Source: Thermoflexia bacterium
GTDB taxonomy: Bacteria > Chloroflexota > Anaerolineae > B4-G1
Assembly (NCBI GenBank): GCA_011192155.1
Contig: DUEK01000002.1
Span: forward strand, 12,388 to 76,387
Reading direction: 5' to 3'
DNA: 64,000 bases
Part shown: piece after piece, positions 55,931 to 64,000 of the stretch
Position numbering within the stretch: the first letter of the stretch is position 1
Layout: each line of letters opens with the position of its first letter
Notes under the pieces: generated by a model
Database searches by the model: none
Told to the model about the DNA's origin: nothing
The model's input: only the letters and a program-made list of their open reading frames with translations
Made by a program: the position numbers and the translations under genes

Positions 55931-57820
55931 TCACAATGGCGCCCCTGCCAATGCCACTGACCGGTTAAAGCCGTGGCTCTGAAAATATGCCCACACCTGA
56001 GGAAAGGCGTCCAATAGACGTTGTATCTCGGTTTGCCTGGTCGCCAGGTAAGCGGCGACGCCCGGCGCTATGATAGGCTCGCTGGGCAAAGCGGCCATCT
56101 TTTTCCCGGCTTGGGCGTGCCCCCACGTGCCCCAGGTCAAGAAATCGCGCAGTAGATTGCTGGCTACCACCGCGTCCTGAAGATCACCCAGGTGGTCTTG
56201 GAGATTTTTCATCTCTTTGATCAGCTCCTTGGCCTCTGGTCCCAGCACTTCCTGGAAGAACTCGAGCGTATAGCGCAGTCGCTTGGCCGCTATGCGGAGC
56301 TGGTGCAGCCGCTCCAGCGGGACATCTGGCCCGCTCACCCACTCGTCGTAAGCCTGGATATCCGCCATGCGTTGGTACACGGCCACCGGCGCGACGTGTC
56401 GCAACCGGTTGGGCAGCGGCTCGCCTTTCTCCGAGAACACGGGGAGCGCCGCAGCGTTGGAGGCCTCTAGAAACTCTGTGAACCGTTTTTTGAACTGGGC
56501 GTAGCGTTCGTTATCCAGGTGAGCCAGCATCCTCTCTCTGGCCCGCTTGCGCTCCGTTTCCCATGCCTTTCGCAGCGGAGCTAGGTCGCCCTGCTGCTCC
56601 GGGGGCAGCGTGTCCAGGTAGCGTTGTGTTTTTTCCCAGAATACGTCCAGGTCTCGCACGTCGCCCAGCGCCTGCCCGGTGCGCCGCAGATCCTTGACGA
56701 GGGGCTTTAACTGCTTCATATCTAGGTAAGCGCCAAACACGCGGAAGGCGGCACGCATCCGCCGGGTGGCTACCCGCATATCGTGTAGCTCTTCGATGTC
56801 CTCACCCAGCCGAGTTCCCGGCTCGTAGTACAGCATACGCTGAAAGTGAAAGTAAAACGTTTTGCGCGCAGCCGCGGCCATCGAGTCGCTCGCTTCCAGC
56901 CCCAGTTCTTTGGGCGGTTTCTTGCGGGTTGGGCGAGTTGGACGCACGACTGGAGGGCGGGGCGGCTCTTCCGATTCTGTGGCGGGCTGGGCCTCGCCCA
57001 AAACGTCATCGGGAAAGACGGATAGGCGATCTTGCCGAAAGGCTGCCAGCCAGCGCCGCACTGTCCGATCTGTTCTTTTGGCCCACTTGCCCACCTCCGT
57101 CTGGGTCGCCCCCTCGTCCAGGGCCAGGAGCGCGCGCGCGCGGAGGCCGTCCGCGTCGTCTCGTTCGGCGACCCGCTGGCAGATGGCGCGCTCTCGCGGC
57201 GTCAGTAACCGGTCTTTCAATAAAGCCAGCGCCCGCTCAAACTTGGAGCGGAGTTCAGGTTCCAATCCCCACTCGTCTTGCAGGCAGGCCACGATCGTTG
57301 TTAGGTTCTCCTCGGCGCCTTTGGGCGCTAGTTCGACTTCCAGTTCAAGGTAAGTGTGCTCCTCGCCCGCGATGGTCAAATGTACGTCGTCCAGGCTCAA
57401 CTCGGCTACTGTTTGTTTACCCCGTTTCATCTGACGCACGATGCGCGTCTGTTGGAGGGAGAAGAGCGGCAGGAGCGGCGCGCCCCCAGTCAACCGGAGC
57501 ACTCGCTCGCGCATGGGGCTGGCGGGCCACTCGGCGGGTGGCGCGGCGGCGGGTAGCAGCGTCTCTAGTTCCTCCCGCCGGTGGACGGCTCCCTCGGCGC
57601 TTCCCAGTCCCTTGAGAGTGAGCAATACCCCTTCTTCCTGCTCGCGTTGACGGTAGGCATAGCCGGCAGCCAGAATCAGTTGGTCGGCTGTATCCAGGTA
57701 GGTATCGCGTACTTGTTTGACCTGGCGCGCCGATAGCGCGAACTCGGCCAGTTGGTCGGCCGCTTGCAAGCGTTGAAAGGTCTTGATCTCCGAGACGGCG
57801 AACTTGGCTTCAATTTCCAT
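55931..57820 (-). CDS. CYTH (triphosphate tunnel) / HTH-like insert / CHAD domain protein
   Basis: 'MEIEAKFAV' (ExExK). Middle segment 'LALDEGATQTEVGKWAKRTDRTVRRWLAAF' is HTH-like. C-terminal helical CHAD motifs 'HDMRVATRRMRAAFRVF' and 'HQLRIAAKRLRYTLEFF'. Confidence 0.75.
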   Translation of the reverse strand: MEIEAKFAVSEIKTFQRLQAADQLAEFALSARQVKQVRDTYLDTADQLILAAGYAYRQREQEEGVLLTLKGLGSAEGAVHRREELETLLPAAAPPAEWPASPMRERVLRLTGGAPLLPLFSLQQTRIVRQMKRGKQTVAELSLDDVHLTIAGEEHTYLELEVELAPKGAEENLTTIVACLQDEWGLEPELRSKFERALALLKDRLLTPRERAICQRVAERDDADGLRARALLALDEGATQTEVGKWAKRTDRTVRRWLAAFRQDRLSVFPDDVLGEAQPATESEEPPRPPVVRPTRPTRKKPPKELGLEASDSMAAAARKTFYFHFQRMLYYEPGTRLGEDIEELHDMRVATRRMRAAFRVFGAYLDMKQLKPLVKDLRRTGQALGDVRDLDVFWEKTQRYLDTLPPEQQGDLAPLRKAWETERKRARERMLAHLDNERYAQFKKRFTEFLEASNAAALPVFSEKGEPLPNRLRHVAPVAVYQRMADIQAYDEWVSGPDVPLERLHQLRIAAKRLRYTLEFFQEVLGPEAKELIKEMKNLQDHLGDLQDAVVASNLLRDFLTWGTWGHAQAGKKMAALPSEPIIAPGVAAYLATRQTEIQRLLDAFPQVWAYFQSHGFNRSVALAGAPL

Positions 57821-57934
57821 TGTCTATACCTCAAGTTGGGGGGTGAAAGTACCTTGAGTACAGTATATACCATGTGGCTCGATTAGTAAAATCGTGATTC
57901 GGTGTTGTTGTGTGATACACTTTGCCCTGGCACG

Positions 57935-57974
57935 AAAAAACCCCAAAGGTTTTCTGAGACCTTTAGGGTTTGCC
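57935..57974. repeat. Palindromic repeat, full two-arm copy, intergenic
   Basis: AAAAAACCCCAAAGGTTTTCTGAGACCTTTAGGGTTTGCC. Confidence 0.65.
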
Positions 57975-58005
57975 TGTAATGGCGGCCCCAAATCAGTTTT
58001 TATGC

Positions 58006-59421
58006 TCACGCTTGGGTGACTGCGCCCTGAATGTGTTCCCACGCGGCCCGCACTTTTTCTAGTTCTTGAGGGCGTTCGGGTATTTCGCCATAGTGTACGG
58101 CGATGTATGCCTCGGTGATGCAGTCTATTTCTGCGTGGTTTTCGGGAAAGGCGCGCTCGAGGGTGGGGCGGTACTCGTAGGGGGTCTCGTGGGGGGCGCG
58201 GGGGTAGCCCTGCTCGGCCGCCAGCGCGCTCATGTGGGCATAGATGCGGCGGATGGTCATAGCCGCGAGGAAGCGGCCCAGGAAGGAGCGTCCCAGCGCG
58301 GCTGCCTCATCTAGCCGGCGGCGTCCGCGCAACAGCAAGTCACGCAGGGAGCGGCGCAGGCGGATACCTTCCCACACCGACTCGCGCTCGTCACCGCGCC
58401 GCCGCCCGGCGCGGACGCGCAGTTTGTGCAGGGAGAAGGCTACTACCAGCAGCAGGAGCAGCAGGCCTCCGATCAAGCCGATTGATCTCGCCAGCGCCAG
58501 TTGTTCGGGCGTGAAAGGCGGTCGTCCAGCCTGCTGCGGCAGCCCTTCGGCGGGTAAAGATGGTTGTGCGAACTCAAAGCCTTGCAGGTTGATCTCGCCA
58601 AAGACGGTGTGTAGGAGCGCCATCACGGCGTACATGATCCAGCTCAGAACATAGACCAGTCCGGCGATGAATACTCTTGATGCTGCCCAGAGCGGCGTCA
58701 AGATGCGGCTGATGCTCTCGCCCGTCATCAATGTCGCTACGCCCGCCGCCAGTAGGAGGATGATCAGAGTAGCAGCCGCCAGCGCCGCCAGCCAGCCCAA
58801 GTTGAAGGGGGATTGCGCGCCCCCGTATTGCTGCCCCACCTCCTCCGCCCGCGCCAGACCGATCCCCATCAAGCTGAAAAAGAAATAGACGAACACAAAT
58901 TGGTAGAGCGGCCAGGGAAGGATGAATCCGCCTACTACTATGGTGACGGCCAGCGCGACCAATCCCAGGCGGAAGCGAAAGGCGACGCTGGCGCTATCGA
59001 GCCTCCGTTGGGCCAGCACCAGCCCGCGCTGCCAGAAGAACAGAACTGATAAAAAGACGAGTATATCTTGTGACGCGCTCTCTTGTTGCAGGCTGCGAAA
59101 GATGTCCACCAGCCAGGCGGGGTTCAAGAGGGCCGTTTGGGCGTGAAGCAACTGGTGGATAGTGAACAACCCGCTGACCAATATCCCCAGCGCCAGCAGC
59201 GGGGAGCGCAGAGACGGGGAAAGGGGGGATTGCAGGGTCAGGCGGGCGGCGTAATGCACTCCCATCACCACGCAGAAGAACATGATTGTGACCGGCAGCG
59301 TGCGGACGGGCGTGATGAGCGAAAGCAGCGAGGCAAAGAGCGGGGTGATGATGCAGACATCCATCGCCCCCAGGGACAGGAACACCAACTCGCGGCGGGC
59401 GGTGGCGCGGAAGCTAGTCAC
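58006..59421 (-). CDS. Multi-TM protein with a C-terminal DUF4129-like domain
   Basis: About 8 TM helices. C-terminus 'PHETPYEYRPTLERAFPENHAEIDCITEAYIAVHYGE' is typical of DUF4129. Downstream partner in a MoxR/DUF58 operon. Confidence 0.6.
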   Translation of the reverse strand: MTSFRATARRELVFLSLGAMDVCIITPLFASLLSLITPVRTLPVTIMFFCVVMGVHYAARLTLQSPLSPSLRSPLLALGILVSGLFTIHQLLHAQTALLNPAWLVDIFRSLQQESASQDILVFLSVLFFWQRGLVLAQRRLDSASVAFRFRLGLVALAVTIVVGGFILPWPLYQFVFVYFFFSLMGIGLARAEEVGQQYGGAQSPFNLGWLAALAAATLIILLLAAGVATLMTGESISRILTPLWAASRVFIAGLVYVLSWIMYAVMALLHTVFGEINLQGFEFAQPSLPAEGLPQQAGRPPFTPEQLALARSIGLIGGLLLLLLVVAFSLHKLRVRAGRRRGDERESVWEGIRLRRSLRDLLLRGRRRLDEAAALGRSFLGRFLAAMTIRRIYAHMSALAAEQGYPRAPHETPYEYRPTLERAFPENHAEIDCITEAYIAVHYGEIPERPQELEKVRAAWEHIQGAVTQA

Positions 59422-60730
59422 CGGCTTCCTCCCGCCGAGGTCCTAACCCGGCGGCTCGCAGCGCGGCCATTGCGCTGTATGATTGTCCCTGGAAGGCGCG
59501 CGTGGATGCAGGCAGGTGATAAGCGGCGATCCCGTCCAGCGGGGGCGGCGCTTCCGAGGCCAACGAGACCAGCGCCACGCGCCGTCCCGCGTCCCGGAGT
59601 TGTAGCATTATTGTGGATAGTTCATCGGTCACGATGGCGGTCACTACGACCAACGTAGCTCCCCAGGGCAGGCGGGGACTTTCCCGGCGCAGTAGTTCGT
59701 GAATGGACGCGGTGGCAAAGCTGGTCACGGCGGCCAGCGATTCCAGCACGGCGGCCAATTGGCCTGGCGAGCGGCCTGGAAGCACGCGAATGGGTTGATC
59801 GGAGAGGGGCAAGCTGCCATTGGCGATCAGCCCCACTTTGTATTTTTGCCCCACGGCCCAGGTGGCGATGGAGCCGGCCGTGCTGATGGTGTGCTCGAAC
59901 AGTTCTGGAAGGACGCCCTGCCAACTATGGGCAAAGGTGGCGACGTTCAGCAAGATGACGAGGGTGAGCGTTGTGGTTGGCTCAAAGACGCGCACCTGTA
60001 GTTTGCCTCGGTGGGCGGTGGCCTTCCAGTGGATGTGACGCAGACTGTCTTGGGGGTGGTGGTCGCGGATGCCGATGGTACACAGGGGGTCTTTTATCAA
60101 GCGGCGATGTGCTTTCCGCTCGCCGAAGGGTTCTTTGGAGGGCAGCCCCAGTTCCTCCATCGGCCAGATGCGGGGGTAAACGACCAGCCGGTCGCGGCGC
60201 TTGTGGTTTGCCTGCGTCTCAAAGAGGGTGAATATGTCGCCCGACTTGAGCGCCGCCGGCCCTAGCTTGTAGATGCCGCGCGCGGTGCAGTTCAGTTCGT
60301 AGCGCCGGTTGGCTCGTTCGTACCAGCGCAGGGAGAGGACGAGCGGGAGTTTGCCAACTTGAGGGGCGTGGGTGGGCAGGAGCATGCCGTGCGCCAGGGG
60401 CAAAGCGGTGGGAATCTGGTCGCTGATCTCTAGCCAACTCAGGGGCAGGAGCTTGCGGTTGGTGACGCGCGCTGTCATCTCGACCGTCTCGCCGGGAAAG
60501 GTGCACTGTTTGTCAAAGTATCGTTCGTACTCGACGCGCCGCAGCGACATGCGGTTCCACCACCAGGAAACGGGTATGACGACCAGGAGGCAGGCTGCCA
60601 GGGCAAAGAGGGCGCGTTGGTGCACGAGCAATCCGACGACGATCAGCAACGCCGCCATCTCGATCCAGGCGTGGCTGAATTGGGAGCGACGGTCTTTTTC
60701 TTTATCGTTCGCTGGGGCGTGGTCTGACAT
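59414..60730 (-). CDS. DUF58 (vWA-like) protein
   Basis: 2 N-terminal TM. 'GIRDHHPQDSLRHIHWKATAHRGKLQVRVFE' is the DUF58 signature. 8-nt overlap with the downstream gene. Confidence 0.75.
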   Translation of the reverse strand: MSDHAPANDKEKDRRSQFSHAWIEMAALLIVVGLLVHQRALFALAACLLVVIPVSWWWNRMSLRRVEYERYFDKQCTFPGETVEMTARVTNRKLLPLSWLEISDQIPTALPLAHGMLLPTHAPQVGKLPLVLSLRWYERANRRYELNCTARGIYKLGPAALKSGDIFTLFETQANHKRRDRLVVYPRIWPMEELGLPSKEPFGERKAHRRLIKDPLCTIGIRDHHPQDSLRHIHWKATAHRGKLQVRVFEPTTTLTLVILLNVATFAHSWQGVLPELFEHTISTAGSIATWAVGQKYKVGLIANGSLPLSDQPIRVLPGRSPGQLAAVLESLAAVTSFATASIHELLRRESPRLPWGATLVVVTAIVTDELSTIMLQLRDAGRRVALVSLASEAPPPLDGIAAYHLPASTRAFQGQSYSAMAALRAAGLGPRREEAGD

Positions 60731-60753
60731 GACGGGGCCGCACCTTTTTGGCG

Positions 60754-61692
60754 TTACAATCGCTCCACCGGCGCCGGCACGGTCTCGATCACGTCCATCA
60801 GCACGTCGGCCAACTGGCGCCCTCGCAGTCGCGTCGCCGGACTGATGATGATGCGGTGGGTGAGAATGTAGGGTGACAGCAGTTTGACGTCGTCGGGTAG
60901 GACGTACTCGCGGCCGCGAATGGCGGCCAGCGCCTGGGCGCCCTTGTACAGGGCCAGTGTTCCGCGCGGGCTGACGCCAAGCTGGATGTCTTGATGCTCC
61001 CGCGTGGCCCGGATGACGTCTACAATGTAGCCGCGCACCGATTCCTCGACTTTTACTTCCCGTATCTGTTGTTGCATGGCGATCAGCTCGTTGGGGGTGG
61101 TGACGGATTCCAGCGTCTCCAACGGGTCTTGGCGCTCAAAGCGGAGTAGGATGGCGTGCTCTTCTTCTTCCGTGGGGTAGCCGATGGGGAGCTTGATCAA
61201 GAAGCGGTCAACTTGAGCCTCCGGCAGAGGAAATGTACCCTCCAGTTCGATGGGGTTCTGGGTGGCCATCACCAGGAAGGGACGGGGCAGGGGATATGTC
61301 ACGCCGTCTACGGTGGTCTGCCGCTCTTGCATGGCTTCCAGCAGCGCCGATTGGGTGCGTGGCGTGGCGCGATTGATCTCGTCGGCCAGCACGACCTGCG
61401 ACATCACCGGCCCTGGGCGAAACTCGAATTCCTGTTTTTTCTGGTCAAAGTAACTGATGCCGGTGACATCGGAGGGCAACAGGTCGGGCGTAAATTGGAT
61501 ACGCTTGAATGTGCAGTTCAGACTGGCGGCAATTGTCCGCGCCAGCATGGTTTTGCCAATGCCGGGCACATCTTCGAGAAGGATGTGTCCCTCGCAAAGG
61601 ATGGCGACCAGGGCCAAGTCAATTACCTCGTCTTTGCCGACGATGACTTTTTGGATGTTCTCACGCACGCGGGCGGCGACTTGAGCGATCAT
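60754..61692 (-). CDS. moxR: MoxR-family AAA+ ATPase
   Basis: Walker A 'LLEDVPGIGKT', Walker B/sensor 'VVLADEINRATPRTQSALLEAMQE', 'VMATQNPIE'. Confidence 0.9.
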   Translation of the reverse strand: MIAQVAARVRENIQKVIVGKDEVIDLALVAILCEGHILLEDVPGIGKTMLARTIAASLNCTFKRIQFTPDLLPSDVTGISYFDQKKQEFEFRPGPVMSQVVLADEINRATPRTQSALLEAMQERQTTVDGVTYPLPRPFLVMATQNPIELEGTFPLPEAQVDRFLIKLPIGYPTEEEEHAILLRFERQDPLETLESVTTPNELIAMQQQIREVKVEESVRGYIVDVIRATREHQDIQLGVSPRGTLALYKGAQALAAIRGREYVLPDDVKLLSPYILTHRIIISPATRLRGRQLADVLMDVIETVPAPVERL

Positions 61693-61875
61693 CTGTCCTC
61701 CTGTCTTTCTTGGCAGGTGATTATGGTTAAAAGTTCCCTATATGATACACGCAAGCACGTTTGTTGGTTCAGTTGCCTAGCGATGTTTTTGCGTCAGGGA
61801 GAAGTATAACACAAAATAGGGATGCGCGGTACTTGCTGCCGGCCGCATTCAGTGGACTGGGACTGGCGGGGTCAT

Positions 61876-61904
61876 TTGACACGTGTTTGGACTTGTGATA
61901 TAGT
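61876..61904 (+). promoter_or_regulatory. Sigma-70-like promoter upstream of the Roadblock/LC7 gene
   Basis: TTGACA (61876-61881), 17-nt spacer, TATAGT (61899-61904), 66 nt upstream of the ATG at 61970. Confidence 0.5.
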
Positions 61905-61969
61905 CTGCCTGCGCTTGTGGTAATGGCTTGCTTCGAGCTAAACCTGATGGTGATGTAAAGGAGTGGTAA

Positions 61970-62341
61970 ATGACAGGGTCGCGTTCAGAGCAGATGGTGG
62001 AGCACTTGCGAGGTCTTCAGAGTAGCGCGACTGACGTTGAGGCCTCGGCCGTCGTCAGCGTGGATGGGTTGATCATAGCCTCTCTCCTCCCAACGACCGT
62101 GGAGGAGGATCGCGTATCGGCGATGTCGGCGGCGATGCTCTCGTTGGGCGAGCGCATCGCCAGCGAGCTAGGACGCGGCGTGCTGAATCAGGTCTATGTC
62201 AAGGGTAATAGCGGCTACATTGTCTTGATGTCGGTGGGCGAAGATGCGGTGCTCACTGTGCTGGCGCGCAAGGAGGCCAAATTGGGCCTCATTTTTCTCG
62301 AGATGCGGCGGGCGGTCAAGGGTTTGGCAGGTTTGTTGTAG
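61970..62341 (+). CDS. Roadblock/LC7 (MglB-like) domain protein
   Basis: 123 aa. 'ASAVVSVDGLIIASL...DRVSAMSAAMLSLGERIA...GYIVLMSVGEDAVLTVLA' matches the Robl_LC7 pattern. Confidence 0.7.
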   Translation: MTGSRSEQMVEHLRGLQSSATDVEASAVVSVDGLIIASLLPTTVEEDRVSAMSAAMLSLGERIASELGRGVLNQVYVKGNSGYIVLMSVGEDAVLTVLARKEAKLGLIFLEMRRAVKGLAGLL

Positions 62342-62623
62342 GTACTTTAACTGCTCAGCCCGGGCTGTTACACAGAGGAACACAGAGAAAAGAACATTTT
62401 TGTCGTGGTAACCGTTCAGACCTCCGAGGTTTCAACAGTAATTTGGCTTGGAAAGCGACTTGCGTACCATCAGAAATCGAGCGAGAATGTTATTTCGTAA
62501 ACCTCGGAGGTCTTGATGTTTTTTCTTCCTCCCCTGAATACTTGTTGTATTCTCTGTGAACCTCTGTTTTTTCAGTGGCCCTCTGTGTCCAAACCAGAAT
62601 AGCCTGAGTTGTTACGGTACTTT
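62341..62623. mobile_element. MITE-like non-autonomous element (copy 2), same family as 6874-7192
   Basis: Direct repeat GGTACTTT at 62341-62348 and 62616-62623. TIRs AACTGCTCAGCC and GCCTGAGTTGTTAC. Subterminal CACAGAG/CTCTGTG repeats. Nested inverted repeat CAGACCTCCGAGGTTT...AAACCTCGGAGGTCT. Confidence 0.55.
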
Positions 62624-62680
62624 TTAATCGTGCAAGAGGGCGAACAAGTGCTGTCGCTGTGGATTCGATAAGTGTTGTGT

Positions 62681-62718
62681 GGGGAGGGTCGCCGCCGAGC
62701 GACCCTCCCCACTTTTTG
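62681..62718 (+). terminator. Rho-independent terminator-like hairpin 24 nt upstream of the pyrG start
   Basis: Stem GGGGAGGGTCGC (62681-62692), loop CGCCGA, stem GCGACCCTCCCC (62699-62710), then ACTTTTTG. Confidence 0.6.
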
Positions 62719-62741
62719 TGGGTAGCAGACGAGGTGGGGAT

Positions 62742-64000
<1,259 letters not shown>

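Noticed and set aside
58006-61692. MoxR / DUF58 / DUF4129 operon considered as a possible novel system.
   Set aside because: This three-gene arrangement is widespread and already catalogued, although poorly understood. Nothing in the sequence distinguishes this copy.

Overview
High-GC (~60%) bacterial chromosomal window with about 41 credible CDSs and no rRNA, tRNA, CRISPR, transposase or phage genes that I can recognise. All domain calls come from reading motifs by eye. No searches were run, and the taxon cannot be established from the sequence alone.

Gene layout:
- 1-6.9 kb: two sensor kinases, a Tat-secreted hydrolase-like protein and a DUF523 gene.
- 7.4-10.9 kb: an amino-acid ABC transporter with two binding proteins.
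- 11.0-14.7 kb: an amidinotransferase / MttB-family / racemase-like trio.
- 15.3-48.5 kb: a 33-kb block entirely on the + strand, described below.
- 49.9-57.8 kb: a six-gene polyphosphate/adenylate cluster (metallophosphoesterase-HD, PPK1, 2x PPK2, Adk, CYTH-CHAD).
- 58.0-61.7 kb: a MoxR / DUF58 / DUF4129 operon.
- 62.0-64.0 kb: a Roadblock/LC7 gene and 5'-complete, 3'-truncated pyrG.

Strongest candidate for a new system (15.3-48.5 kb). The block encodes 2 REC proteins and one HAMP-GAF histidine kinase. Nine tandem HAMP/GAF 'receptor' paralogues follow. Each has a different sensor N-terminus and no recognisable output domain, and all end in the same truncated-GAF tail. A ParA-like ATPase and a STAS-like protein sit among them. 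The block closes with a 2350-aa multi-GAF hybrid kinase, a threonine-synthase::REC fusion and a REC-kinase.

Second main signal. A 30-nt (10-codon) repeat with core GATCAAAGGGAAGCGAAGCG is inserted in-frame inside at least 10 different genes. It is read in all three sense frames and one antisense frame, as single copies or 2-5x tandem arrays. One copy lies between the two conserved histidines of PPK1.

Other repeats. A GGTTTYCWGAAAACC-centred palindrome family occurs once in-frame in a CDS and twice supplies a stop codon. A MITE-like family shows terminal inverted repeats and 8-bp direct flanks. A long-hairpin element follows two genes.
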